IMG/VR virus record: IMGVR_UViG_641736227_000002
Reading direction: 5' to 3' (one strand)
Source of the DNA: a virus
Taxonomy: Duplodnaviria > Caudoviricetes
DNA length: 64,000 bases
In this document: one piece after another, positions 28,868-38,421 of the stretch
How the letters are laid out: each line of letters opens with the position of its first letter
How positions within the stretch are numbered: position 1 is the first letter of the stretch
Notes under the pieces: generated by a model
Database searches by the model: none
What the model was told of the DNA's origin: nothing
What the model saw: the letters and a program-made list of their open reading frames with translations, nothing else
Translations under genes and position numbers: made by a program

Positions 28868-30541
28868 TTATTCGTTATCTTCATCAGAAACTGAATTATT
28901 CTCATCTACACCTTCAATAATCAGCTTTCTTAAATTCTCATGATATACCTTAAATCTATCATTGCCTTTTGAAGCATTAAATGTTTCAATTACCGTTTCA
29001 AGACTCTTATATCTGCGAGTATCAAATGTATCCGGATGAGAAAATTTGAATGCATCATCCCAAAGATATTTAATTACCTTTTCTGCAAATCGAGCATTCT
29101 TATGTTCAGCCTCTATGATTTGTTTCTCAGAATCCCCATCTTGTGTTTCAACATAAGCTAAGTCATCTGCAGATACAAAGTAAGCACCTAAACGCTTATC
29201 TTCAGAAGACGTCACATTATTTCTACGCAGGATTTCTTCATTAATTGCCTCACAGAACTGTTTCCAAGATACAGTAGTATCAAGAATCGGTTTGTCAGCA
29301 TATTCATGCTTAACAAAAGAATTCTTTATCATTCTCATAATCCATCTGCGTTGGAAAGCTGTATCAAGAGTAAAAACATTTTGGTCAGATGTATTCATTG
29401 TACCAAGAATAGAGAGGTTAGCAGGTATACGAACCTTTCTTTCTGAATCACCATATACCTCTAAAGCAATATTTTCATTAGTAATTCCGTATTCACTTGT
29501 ACCTTTTTTAAAGCCATCCTTATCTTTATCCATTCTATCAAGCAGCTGGAATATCTCACCAAAGATAGCCGGTGCGTTACCTCTATTAATTTCTTCGATG
29601 ACAAGATAATATGACCTTTGTGGGTCTTCATATGCCTTCTTTAAAATCTTGGTAAATGGTCCCGGTTTGAACTCGTATCGCACCTTTTCCTTGCCTTCGT
29701 CATCTTTTTTTACAACAGGAAGAATTTGACCCACAAAATCAGAGTACATATAATCTGGATGGAAAACTAAACGCTCCATACACTCCTCAACATCACAATA
29801 TTCGTGCTGGATTGTCCAACTCTTTCCAGAACCAGGAACACCATATAAAAGAATATTTTCGCCACTTGTTTTTCTAAGTTGCTCTTTTTGAGCATAAGAA
29901 AGTCCATCCGTACCATTTCCTTGTAATTCCTCAACATTTACAGGTGTATTAGTTGCCAATTTGAAAAACTGATTGTTAAGCAAAGACAACTGTCCGTCTC
30001 CATCAATGCCTCTATTAGGAATTACGCCAAATACATCGTAACTAAACTGAGTCTTTTTCTTCATAATAATCAAATACGAACCCGCATGAATCATTTTTCT
30101 GAAGCTGACAAAATCTTCCCCATCAAAATTTATCAAGGAAACTTGTATTTGATCTGCTTGATTCTTTCTTCGACTTCTTACAATTGATGTACAACTTTTC
30201 TTTTTTGCATCACTGAAGAATATTTCTGTCTGATTATCACCACTTAAATATTTAATATTGCTCTCATATAAAAACATGGGAACTTGGGTAATAAAGTATT
30301 TTTTTAACGTTGCATCTGACTCGATGTTGTTAAAATACCCATCAGACCTCAAATAAGGAAAAATATCTATCTGATTTCCAGTAATAGCAATATGTGTTTG
30401 ATTTGTTGTTCTATTATCATCAAGTGTATTAGAAGCCTCTAATTTCTTTATTATTAACCCGTCATAATCATTCGAATCAATAATAGTTCCCGTAGAATCA
30501 AGCACAGACACAACCAATGAAACTGCTGAATTAAAATCCAT
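28868..30541 (-). CDS. McrB-like AAA+ GTPase restriction subunit
   Basis: GVPGSGKS, FHPDYMYSDFVG, IEEINRGN, GTMNTSDQN, DTAFQRRW. Confidence 0.92.
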   Translation of the reverse strand: MDFNSAVSLVVSVLDSTGTIIDSNDYDGLIIKKLEASNTLDDNRTTNQTHIAITGNQIDIFPYLRSDGYFNNIESDATLKKYFITQVPMFLYESNIKYLSGDNQTEIFFSDAKKKSCTSIVRSRRKNQADQIQVSLINFDGEDFVSFRKMIHAGSYLIIMKKKTQFSYDVFGVIPNRGIDGDGQLSLLNNQFFKLATNTPVNVEELQGNGTDGLSYAQKEQLRKTSGENILLYGVPGSGKSWTIQHEYCDVEECMERLVFHPDYMYSDFVGQILPVVKKDDEGKEKVRYEFKPGPFTKILKKAYEDPQRSYYLVIEEINRGNAPAIFGEIFQLLDRMDKDKDGFKKGTSEYGITNENIALEVYGDSERKVRIPANLSILGTMNTSDQNVFTLDTAFQRRWIMRMIKNSFVKHEYADKPILDTTVSWKQFCEAINEEILRRNNVTSSEDKRLGAYFVSADDLAYVETQDGDSEKQIIEAEHKNARFAEKVIKYLWDDAFKFSHPDTFDTRRYKSLETVIETFNASKGNDRFKVYHENLRKLIIEGVDENNSVSDEDNE

Positions 30542-30554
30542 TTGCTATTCCTCC

Positions 30555-31985
30555 TTATAAATATTTTTTTATGACCGTAGCAATTGCTCTTCCTAATAAA
30601 GGAGGTACTGAATTGCCTATCTGCATATATGTTTTTGTATAAGCACCCCTAAAGAAATAATCGTCTGGGTACGATTGAACCCTTGCAGCTTCTCTCGGTG
30701 TTAATCCTCTTGCTTGTGTTGGATGAATATACATATTGCAATCAAATTTCATATGTGCTGTTATAGTCTTACAAACTTTATTTTCTTCAAGTTTAAAATA
30801 CTTGTCTTTGAATATTCCGTTTCTGCGACTATATGGCATTATATCAGCGATTTTAGGATCATCCGACCTATCACCTTGATTCAATCTTCCATAAATTTCG
30901 ATATCTCTATCATTATTAAATCTAGCTTTGTGATTAAATGTGACCTTGCAGTTTCTATTCTGATTAATCATTGCAAGGTATGGCGTCATAACTGTATTTA
31001 CTGCGCCTTCTATCTTTCTTCCCGATACCTCTGAATCAAGCTCGGTAGAATTTCTTTTCCTTGAAGCCCTTAATGAACGTAACCCATACAATGCATCTGC
31101 AAGGTTATAATCCGGTATTGTCTTCGACAGAGATTCTATTTCATCAAATAAAACCTCATTGTCTATTCCAAGTTTATTACCTATGAAAATTAATCTTTCT
31201 CTATTCTGTGGAACACCAAAATCTTTTGCATTTAAAATTCTACATGATACCTTATATCCAATATTAGTAAAGTCCTCTATAACTTGAGAAGATACAGATT
31301 TCATGCCCTTAACATTTTCCATAACAAAAAATTTCGGAGAAACAATGCTTACAACTTTCACATAACTCTTGTAGAGCTTGTTTCTTGGATCATCAATAAG
31401 ACGTTGTCTATTTGCCATACTAAATCCCTGGCAAGGAGGACCACCTACAACTACATCCACACTTGAGAATCTTTGAAGCTCAGTGATATTTTCTATAACA
31501 TTGTTAATATCTCCTAAGATAATGTTTTCCCGAGGCGTATCCGGATGATTATGTGCATAAGTATCAACGCAACAAGGTTCAATATCGTTAGCTAAGCTTG
31601 TTATAAATCCATTTTGAGTAAAACCTAATGATAAACCCCCTGCTCCACAAAACAAATCAATCATGACAGGAGCATTTCTATCATAGCTTTCTATTCTTGA
31701 TTTGATATAAGAATTACAATACTTATTTATTGGGCAAGAATCGCAATTACCATCTCTGCAGCATTCATCATAAAGCCTTGTAAGATATTTCTGTAGTTTA
31801 GATGATTTTTTAACTTTTTGCTTAAACTCTGATGTTCTGCCATCAAGCATTTCATTGCCGATTGACAATGCCATTCGTTCTGCAACGCTTATTGCCTGTT
31901 CTTTATCATAATCATTTACACCTTCATATGACGCTGACAAAATAGATGTAATTTCTGCTATTTCATCATTGTAATTATTCATCAT
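30555..31985 (-). CDS. C5-cytosine MTase with Cys-cluster N-terminal extension
   Basis: DLFCGAGG, GGPPCQGFS, ENVKG, QNRER, IGNSVPP. Confidence 0.93.
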   Translation of the reverse strand: MMNNYNDEIAEITSILSASYEGVNDYDKEQAISVAERMALSIGNEMLDGRTSEFKQKVKKSSKLQKYLTRLYDECCRDGNCDSCPINKYCNSYIKSRIESYDRNAPVMIDLFCGAGGLSLGFTQNGFITSLANDIEPCCVDTYAHNHPDTPRENIILGDINNVIENITELQRFSSVDVVVGGPPCQGFSMANRQRLIDDPRNKLYKSYVKVVSIVSPKFFVMENVKGMKSVSSQVIEDFTNIGYKVSCRILNAKDFGVPQNRERLIFIGNKLGIDNEVLFDEIESLSKTIPDYNLADALYGLRSLRASRKRNSTELDSEVSGRKIEGAVNTVMTPYLAMINQNRNCKVTFNHKARFNNDRDIEIYGRLNQGDRSDDPKIADIMPYSRRNGIFKDKYFKLEENKVCKTITAHMKFDCNMYIHPTQARGLTPREAARVQSYPDDYFFRGAYTKTYMQIGNSVPPLLGRAIATVIKKYL

Positions 31986-32913
31986 TCCATTCGTCCAACC
32001 TTTCTAATTCTTGTCTAACTTTCGCAGCAACAGCTCTAGAAACATTAACTGTTACAGCATTTCCAAACTGCTTATAAGCTTGGGAATCAGATACAGGGAT
32101 AACAAAATCATCTGGAAATCCTTGTAATCTTGCACATTCTCGAGGAGTCAATCTTCTAACACGATTATTCTGAGTAACGTAGTTATCTTGACATGCTCTA
32201 TGCATTTTGGCCATGGTTGCACACAATGGTCTTGCTATTTTCAAATCTATTTCCGATTTAGCTTTGTACCCTCCAGTACCGTCAGATAAAATAGTTGGTA
32301 ATATTCTTTCGGATAAGAAGTATTTATCATCCACCTCTGTCTCTAATAAATCTTGCAATGTCAGATTTAATTCTTGTTTGTCTGGAAATTCAAACTCTGC
32401 ATTATCATTTGCAAAGCACACTATATATGTACGATTTCTAGTCTGAGGGATTCCATAATCTGCAGTATTAAGAACTTGATCAAACACTTTGTAATTCAGC
32501 TCGTTTTCTAAAACTCTTTTTATAGTTTTAAATGTCTTTCCTTTATTGTGTGTTCTTAACGATCTAACATTCTCAAGAATCACAGTTCTCGGTTTTCTAC
32601 CTTGATCAATCTTATATTTTAAAATCTCAGCAATTCTGAAAAAAAGTGTTCCTCTCGTATCCTCAAATCCTTTTTCAGCCCCCATCATGCTAAAAGGCTG
32701 ACACGGAAATCCACCTATCAAAACATCAAACTCAGGTAAAGAGTTCAACTCAATTTCATTTATATCGCCCAATATGACATTATCGCCAAAATTTGCCTTA
32801 TATGTTTCTACTGCATATTTATCAAAATCATTAGCCCATACAATATTGTAGCCTGTTTCATCAAATCCTTTGTCCAAACCACCACAACCACAAAATAGGG
32901 ATAGTACTCTCAT
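31975..32913 (-). CDS. C5-cytosine MTase
   Basis: SLFCGCGG, GFPCQPFS, ENVR, PQTRNR, QFGNAV. Confidence 0.95.
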   Translation of the reverse strand: MRVLSLFCGCGGLDKGFDETGYNIVWANDFDKYAVETYKANFGDNVILGDINEIELNSLPEFDVLIGGFPCQPFSMMGAEKGFEDTRGTLFFRIAEILKYKIDQGRKPRTVILENVRSLRTHNKGKTFKTIKRVLENELNYKVFDQVLNTADYGIPQTRNRTYIVCFANDNAEFEFPDKQELNLTLQDLLETEVDDKYFLSERILPTILSDGTGGYKAKSEIDLKIARPLCATMAKMHRACQDNYVTQNNRVRRLTPRECARLQGFPDDFVIPVSDSQAYKQFGNAVTVNVSRAVAAKVRQELERLDEWNDE

Positions 32914-32918
32914 TGATA

Positions 32919-33110
32919 TTACTCCTTTTGATTTTTCTCTTTAATGTATTCCCTAATCCATACGCCAATTTCTATCGATGCTTTTTTGCCTTCTTCACTT
33001 AATAATTGCATAAATTCTTTTTTGATTTCTGGCTCAATGGCTATTTCAATTTTGGCAGTTTTGACTTTCCCACAAGGTCTACCATAGTTTTTCGTTCCTT
33101 TGTTGCTCAT
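32919..33110 (-). CDS. Small ribbon-helix-helix-like controller of the RM operon
   Basis: 63 aa; GRP, alternating KIEIAI strand then two helices; first gene of RM operon. Confidence 0.55.
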   Translation of the reverse strand: MSNKGTKNYGRPCGKVKTAKIEIAIEPEIKKEFMQLLSEEGKKASIEIGVWIREYIKEKNQKE

Positions 33111-33510
33111 AAGTCTCCTCCATCATTATTTAATCCACATTAGATATGGTTCTAATCAGGGTTTTTAATATTATAGCATAAGATGGTGTGCAATTTCAAT
33201 CTGTAATAGTGAATACAGATGTAAATTTTTTATATATTTATTGGCATGTTATTATTAATTATGTATAATTTAATTTTATACTAATTCTGACAGATACGGT
33301 GTGCATACTTGAACGATAGACATTTTTCACTTTACTTCTGAACGATAACTTTCATAAGCAATCGTTCAAGCGTTGTGCATTGTGAAACTCTGTAAATTAT
33401 CCTCAAAGATTTTGCAGGGAAAAAAAATAAGACCTCAAATCGGTCTGTTCTCAAAACCCCTTATATCAAGCACTTTCTCGTGGTGTGCATATCTTGTAAT
33501 GGTATCAATT

Positions 33511-33807
33511 TCATAGTGGCGATTTCACAAGTTTGTTAAATGCAGCAACCCGCTCATGGATGTCTGTATCAGAAAACATTTTCTTTGCCGCACCATCTCC
33601 CAGCAACTTATCAAATGTCTGGTCAATAATCTTACATTCTGCCCGGACACCCTCTGCATTTAAGGCTCCGTCAATCCCATGTTTCTTTTCATATTCCATT
33701 AGTTCTTCAAACGTCTGCTGCTTCACATTGTTAAATCGCTCTATCATATCCGCATCCAGAGCAGAGAATTTAAACTCTGCCCCATTCCATTTAAAAATCT
33801 TGTTCAT
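33511..33807 (-). pseudogene. Tail assembly chaperone of prophage B, 3'-truncated at junction with element A
   Basis: Follows tail tube genes; ends abruptly ...NKLVK|SPL* and is followed by unrelated AT-rich DNA instead of tape measure. Confidence 0.7.
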
Positions 33808-33841
33808 ATCCTTTACTCCTCCATGTTCACTGTCTTTTTCT

Positions 33842-34087
33842 CTATGCTCCTGCTGTTACCGTAATGGCGCAGGTTGCCGTCTTATTTCCATCTGTCGTTG
33901 TCACTGTCACATCCGCGGCCCCTGCTGCAACCCCGGTCACTTCCCCAGTATCAGATACCTTTGCAATACCAGTATCCGTGCTGAACCATGTAACTGTCTT
34001 GTCTGTAGCATCTGCAGGCTCTACGGTTGCCGTAAGTGTCTCTTTCGCCGCAACTGCAAGGGACAGCGTTGTTTTATTCAACGCCAC
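33842..34087 (-). CDS. Ig-like (Big_2) domain, likely +1 frameshift extension of tail tube
   Basis: VTGVALNKTTLSL...TLTATVEPADATDKTVTW...G.VTGV..G...VTVTT.DG. Confidence 0.88.
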   Translation of the reverse strand: MALNKTTLSLAVAAKETLTATVEPADATDKTVTWFSTDTGIAKVSDTGEVTGVAAGAADVTVTTTDGNKTATCAITVTAGA

Positions 34088-34100
34088 CCCGGTTACGGCT

Positions 34101-34604
34101 TTAAGAGGGTGTATCGCCTTTCGCTGTAAATTTCTTAGTGCTGGTATTAAATGTTCCCTCGACTACATCCCCGATACCTAACAGGTTACCTTCACAGTTC
34201 ATTTCTCCATCTTCGTTTCCAAAGCTGGCTACTTCGATCGCCACGTGGAACTTGCGGGCATGGTAGGTATTCTCTGCGCTTTCCTTCTGATCCAGATCTA
34301 CGATCACGTAGTCTGTCTCTGCATCTGCTCCTGTTTTTAAAAGTTCTCCGATCTCACAGATATAGGCAATCGCCTCTTCTGATCGAATCTGGTCCGCTGT
34401 GTACGGTGCCTGCCACTCGTACCCGGTGATTCCCTTGCTGGTAGATGCATCGTTTACGTACCGTTTTGAACTGGTCTGCGCTCCCGGTTCCTCATTAAGA
34501 TCCGTGAACCCTGTCCCCATCAGGACAAAATTTTCTGCCTCTGCGGTCCCAATGTCCAGATAGTTCGCCTGCATCCTTCTCTGTCTTACACTTTTTAATG
34601 CCAT
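34101..34604 (-). CDS. Major tail (tube) protein
   Basis: Position; MGTGFTDLNE.P...KRYVND; ends CCC TCT TAA. Confidence 0.8.
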   Translation of the reverse strand: MALKSVRQRRMQANYLDIGTAEAENFVLMGTGFTDLNEEPGAQTSSKRYVNDASTSKGITGYEWQAPYTADQIRSEEAIAYICEIGELLKTGADAETDYVIVDLDQKESAENTYHARKFHVAIEVASFGNEDGEMNCEGNLLGIGDVVEGTFNTSTKKFTAKGDTPS

Positions 34605-34605
34605 G

Positions 34606-35037
34606 TTATACCTTCCTTTCCTGGTAATAAATAAAGCGGCACTGAATCTGATACTTTGCCTTGTCAAGCTCCGTATCAAACGCATAACCGCTCGTAATCG
34701 CTTCGATTTTTATTGCTTCCTTACCTTTCTCCAATTCCGGGAACTCCCCGGCCTCAGAGAATTGTTCCAGCCAGTCTGAAAAGTGCTCAAAGAACCCGAT
34801 GTTTTCAAGGTTCTGCCGCACTTCTTCGCCGTATAGCTCCCGACTGGCAAAATTAAATAGATGTTGCCGTTTGGTATTTCCGACAATATCTTTTTTCAAA
34901 ACTGTTTGTGATGGAACGGATTCTATCGAGTAGTACGTTGTGTCACTACCCAGGTAATCCACCCCGATCCCTTTGCAATACTCATCTAGATACGGGCATT
35001 GCTTAACAATGTTCCGTATAGCCTCCACAATCGTCAT
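34606..35037 (-). CDS. Tail terminator-like protein
   Basis: Position; AKYQIQCRFIY C-terminus. Confidence 0.7.
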   Translation of the reverse strand: MTIVEAIRNIVKQCPYLDEYCKGIGVDYLGSDTTYYSIESVPSQTVLKKDIVGNTKRQHLFNFASRELYGEEVRQNLENIGFFEHFSDWLEQFSEAGEFPELEKGKEAIKIEAITSGYAFDTELDKAKYQIQCRFIYYQERKV

Positions 35038-35360
35038 TTTGGCTTTCCTCCTACAAACCTCGCAATAGATACCAGAACCTCTCGCCCTCTGTCGGCAAAC
35101 GCTCTCTTGTCCCAATGTTTTCCACGCAGTCCCTTGCCCTTATTTTCTTCGTAATTCTTCTTTGCATATGGGGTGATGTACTTTATGCAGTACGTTGTCT
35201 CAATCGCAGTATTTTTCAGTGGACCGTTGAGAAAAGGGACGTATGCATCCGATATTCTGCGCACTTCATGCACAGCAAGTCTCTGACCGGGACCACCTTT
35301 CTGCAGGTTCCTTTCTGTAAGGATTACGTTTGCAGGAGCAATCTTGACTTTTATCTTCAT
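35034..35360 (-). CDS. Minor capsid / tail completion protein
   Basis: YVPFLNGPLK, YITPYA, RGKHWD. Confidence 0.75.
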   Translation of the reverse strand: MKIKVKIAPANVILTERNLQKGGPGQRLAVHEVRRISDAYVPFLNGPLKNTAIETTYCIKYITPYAKKNYEENKGKGLRGKHWDKRAFADRGREVLVSIARFVGGKPK

Positions 35361-35785
35361 TCAGCCGTCACCTTCCAATGCTGCATTTCCGGGCTGCCGT
35401 TGTCGTTCGTCTCCACAACGGCGATCACCCGCACATCATCATAGGCATTTTTCAACCGTTCTTCGTCCTTTGCGCTGGTCAGTTCATCTTCCACGATGCC
35501 ACGGACCACCAGGTCCCCGGCTTCGACCGTAAAAAATCCCGTCTTTTCTGTCTCCTTCACAAAGTTTTTCGGTTTCCTGAACTGCTTCTCTGTCTCTGCC
35601 GTAAACGGGATATAGATTTCTGCCACATCAGCACTTACAATCCCCTTGTCTGTGGGCTGCACGGCTGTGGTATCCTGCCAGTTCACGCCTTTTAGGACTG
35701 TCCGGTAATAGCGGTTCGTCCCGGTATCCCGGTCATATACCTTGTTGTAGAGTGTTATGTCTGCGTTTGTAACCATTACCGACAC
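35357..35785 (-). CDS. Head closure-type protein
   Basis: TNADITLYN, GDLVVRG, HWKV; position. Confidence 0.7.
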   Translation of the reverse strand: MSVMVTNADITLYNKVYDRDTGTNRYYRTVLKGVNWQDTTAVQPTDKGIVSADVAEIYIPFTAETEKQFRKPKNFVKETEKTGFFTVEAGDLVVRGIVEDELTSAKDEERLKNAYDDVRVIAVVETNDNGSPEMQHWKVTAE

Positions 35786-36147
35786 CCCCTGTATAACAAC
35801 CCGGTATGGATTAAGTACGGATAAGCAGCTGCATACTGTTTCTTTGCCGCTGCCGCCTCTCTTGTTTGTCCGTCCTGCTGCTCCGTTACATAGGATACAG
35901 AGACATTTCCGACCGTCTCGGACTTCTTCTCCTGCTGTCCTACTGCATCGGCTTTATACATAACCTCCGCAACAGCACAGGCAGCCAGCCTGGCCTCTTC
36001 CGGGATCTCTGTATCATCTATCCTGCCGAACGTGATGTACTTTACATAGATACTTGCCCGAAGAATGGTAGAAGAAAAGGCAGCTTCCGGTATGGTGCTG
36101 CCATGGAACTGTTCCTGGTAAAACTTATAGTCTGCGTACTCTACCAT
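35776..36147 (-). CDS. Head-tail connector
   Basis: YADYKFY, ACAVAE, SETVGNVSVSY, TGLLYRG. Confidence 0.82.
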   Translation of the reverse strand: MVEYADYKFYQEQFHGSTIPEAAFSSTILRASIYVKYITFGRIDDTEIPEEARLAACAVAEVMYKADAVGQQEKKSETVGNVSVSYVTEQQDGQTREAAAAKKQYAAAYPYLIHTGLLYRGCR

Positions 36148-36163
36148 ACCGTATTACCTCCTT

Positions 36164-37042
36164 CTATGATGCTGGTGTTGCTGGTGTCTTTGCAAACTTC
36201 GCAAGCACAACTTTTGCATCGTTTGACAGGACAACAGTGTAATGTTCATCCGCAGTCACAAGGGTAGTCCTTGCTTTTACATTTCGGTCAGGCTCAAAGT
36301 TTACGTCACGTTTCATGTAAATTGTAAGTGCCGCAGTATCCTCGTCTACTTCCTGGTCGGACTGTGTTTTTACGATCGGACAGATATAGCAATCAATGCT
36401 ATTTACCCTTTTTACAGGGACTTTCTTAGACGGAACGACCTGACACCCGCAGATTTCACCGATGACACCCCTCATTACAACTTCAAGTGGATACTGCTTA
36501 ATGTCCTTGAAATCCGGGTCTTTTCTTAACTGTGTAATCTGTTTTGGATGTACATACATGATCTTAGCGAGCTGATCCTCTTCCTCAAACAAGTCCACAG
36601 CGTCTACAATTCCATCGTAATTAATCACATTTGCAGAGCCGTCATATGCCAGCTTTGCAGTCTGCAACGCATCCATGGCATCATTATCCACTTTGGATGC
36701 GATAGACAAGGCAATCTGATTTGTTGCCTCCCCCTGTGGATCTCCATATCCAGATAAAATTGCTTCATCGGTCAACTCTACGGCTTTTGCCGCTTTCTTA
36801 ACCTTGGCGGTCGTTGTAGATGCCGTTAAAACGGTTGTCCCCATTTCCACGCCTTCGGCTACGTCTTCCGCATCTCCGATGTATGCGTACTTTGGTACTG
36901 TAATCGTATCGCCAGGAACTCCGCTGAGCGTTGTATCTACTGCTGCAATCGGCGTGATCTTGATTTTCTTCGGCACTTTGGCGGAAATCATATCCGCCAT
37001 GACCTCCGGGTCAATAATGTTCTCTAATTTTGTTACTGCCAT
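36164..37042 (-). CDS. Major capsid protein (N4-gp56 family-like)
   Basis: IDPEVMADMI, PGDTITVPKYAYIGDAEDVAEG. Confidence 0.9.
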   Translation of the reverse strand: MAVTKLENIIDPEVMADMISAKVPKKIKITPIAAVDTTLSGVPGDTITVPKYAYIGDAEDVAEGVEMGTTVLTASTTTAKVKKAAKAVELTDEAILSGYGDPQGEATNQIALSIASKVDNDAMDALQTAKLAYDGSANVINYDGIVDAVDLFEEEDQLAKIMYVHPKQITQLRKDPDFKDIKQYPLEVVMRGVIGEICGCQVVPSKKVPVKRVNSIDCYICPIVKTQSDQEVDEDTAALTIYMKRDVNFEPDRNVKARTTLVTADEHYTVVLSNDAKVVLAKFAKTPATPAS

Positions 37043-37056
37043 TGTTACCTTCCTTT

Positions 37057-37677
37057 CTATTTTCTTAGTTCGGCATACAGATCAGGATCTTCCTTTTTCA
37101 AGGCAACTCTATCCCTGTATCCCATTTTGTTAAATGCTTCTTTTGTTACCTCTGCCCCTGGCAACGGATCACCGCCACCTGTCCCCTTGACAATTCTAGG
37201 GGCCGGCTTATCGCTTTCAAATAGATAATCATTTTCGTTTTTTAAAGTCTCAAGCTGTTTATCCAGGCCGATGATCTCTCCCTCATTGAATTTCAGGCCA
37301 TCCATATCAAGTAAAGCCTTGACTGCCTTGGTATTCTTAGCCTTTGCCCCTGTAAGAGCCTCTGAGAGCGCATAATCAAACTGCATGGCCTGGATCTTTT
37401 TATTTGCTTCTGCCTCTGCATCTTCTGCTTTCTGTTTCCAATCGTCTGCTGCCTTCTGAATACTTTCCACGTCCATGTCTTTAAATTCTTCGATCTGCTT
37501 ATCAGCATCATCAAGTCGGGTTTGTAAATCATCTACCTGTTCCTTATAGCTGTCACGAGCCTGTTCTGCCTTGGTCGTTTTTCTCTGTTCTGCAGCAATG
37601 TCTTTCCCGTTTTCTGCCATGATCTGGTCAATGACATCCTGTGAAAGATTTAAGCCTTTTAAAAATTCTGTTTTCAT
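37057..37677 (-). CDS. Scaffolding protein (Phage GP20 family)
   Basis: MKTEFLKGL...IMAENGKDI; AKNTKAVKALLD; GLDKQL; YLF. Confidence 0.88.
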   Translation of the reverse strand: MKTEFLKGLNLSQDVIDQIMAENGKDIAAEQRKTTKAEQARDSYKEQVDDLQTRLDDADKQIEEFKDMDVESIQKAADDWKQKAEDAEAEANKKIQAMQFDYALSEALTGAKAKNTKAVKALLDMDGLKFNEGEIIGLDKQLETLKNENDYLFESDKPAPRIVKGTGGGDPLPGAEVTKEAFNKMGYRDRVALKKEDPDLYAELRK

Positions 37678-37700
37678 GTTTCTGTTCTCCTTTCGCATTA

Positions 37701-37763
37701 GGTTGTTTTAGGTGTGTAACCATCCACCCCGAAACCGACTATTTAAGGTCTAATCTCCTGACC
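37701..37763 (-). promoter_or_regulatory. Tandem pseudoknot leader of scaffold gene (GP20 RNA motif-like)
   Basis: GGTC-AGGAGATTA-GACC-TTAAAT-AGTC and GGTG-GATGGTTACA-CACC-TAAAAC-AACC. Confidence 0.55.
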
Positions 37764-37851
37764 GATTAATTTGTTGCATAAAAATAACACGCCATGAGCG
37801 TGTCAGTACGGCGTAGCCCTGCCGCTGGGAGATGATCGGACCACCGCCTCT

Positions 37852-38058
37852 CTAATCTTCCTCTTTTAGATAATTTAATGCCTCCACAAGTGCTGTATTT
37901 AGAAATCGGTTCATCGCTTTTAACTGCTTATTTTCATTTTTTAATGTGTCTATCTTCATCATGTATTTATCATGAGTTTCAGCGATCTGCTGGTTATACT
38001 CATCTATTGACATGCAGATTTCACTGTCCTTTTTGTTAATGAAACTTTTTTCTACCAA
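37852..38058 (-). CDS. Small coiled-coil hypothetical protein
   Basis: GAAAGGAG RBS; heptad pattern. Confidence 0.6.
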   Translation of the reverse strand: MVEKSFINKKDSEICMSIDEYNQQIAETHDKYMMKIDTLKNENKQLKAMNRFLNTALVEALNYLKEED

Positions 38059-38115
38059 TGTGATTCTCCTTTCAAAATGGGCAAAAATACCACCTGAGAT
38101 TTTATCAGGTAGTAT

Positions 38116-38421
38116 TTAGTAGGTTTCAAATCTTATCTTGATATTTCCGTCATTTTCAGACCATTCCGCCCAAAAAATAAATTCTGTCCATTTGTCAGAT
38201 ACTTTCCCCTGCTGCCATTCCGTCTCAAATTCTTTGGCTTTCTCTTTTGGAATCAGCCATCCTCGCATATCTTCACATTCCAAATCAGGAGTCTCTAAGA
38301 TATTCCCTTCTCCACAGTCAGCAAAGAATACCTTGCCTTGGCTTTTTGCCTCCATCTGCACAAGCTCCCAGAACCTATTGAATTTATCGCTTTCTTGCGT
38401 TCTTAACCCTAACATTGTCAA
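38116..38421 (-). CDS. Putative immunity protein of MuF toxin
   Basis: Small acidic ORF overlapping the 3' end of toxin-bearing minor capsid; AAAGGAGG RBS. Confidence 0.65.
   Translation of the reverse strand: MTMLGLRTQESDKFNRFWELVQMEAKSQGKVFFADCGEGNILETPDLECEDMRGWLIPKEKAKEFETEWQQGKVSDKWTEFIFWAEWSENDGNIKIRFETY

Larger units (their letters stand above)
1..33520 (-). mobile_element. Prophage A (HK97-type head, PolA/P4-primase replication, RM cargo); left end outside window
   Basis: Co-oriented tail-head-terminase-methylase-replication-sigma genes. Ends in a non-coding stretch abutting an interrupted gene of prophage B. Right boundary approximate. Confidence 0.9.
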
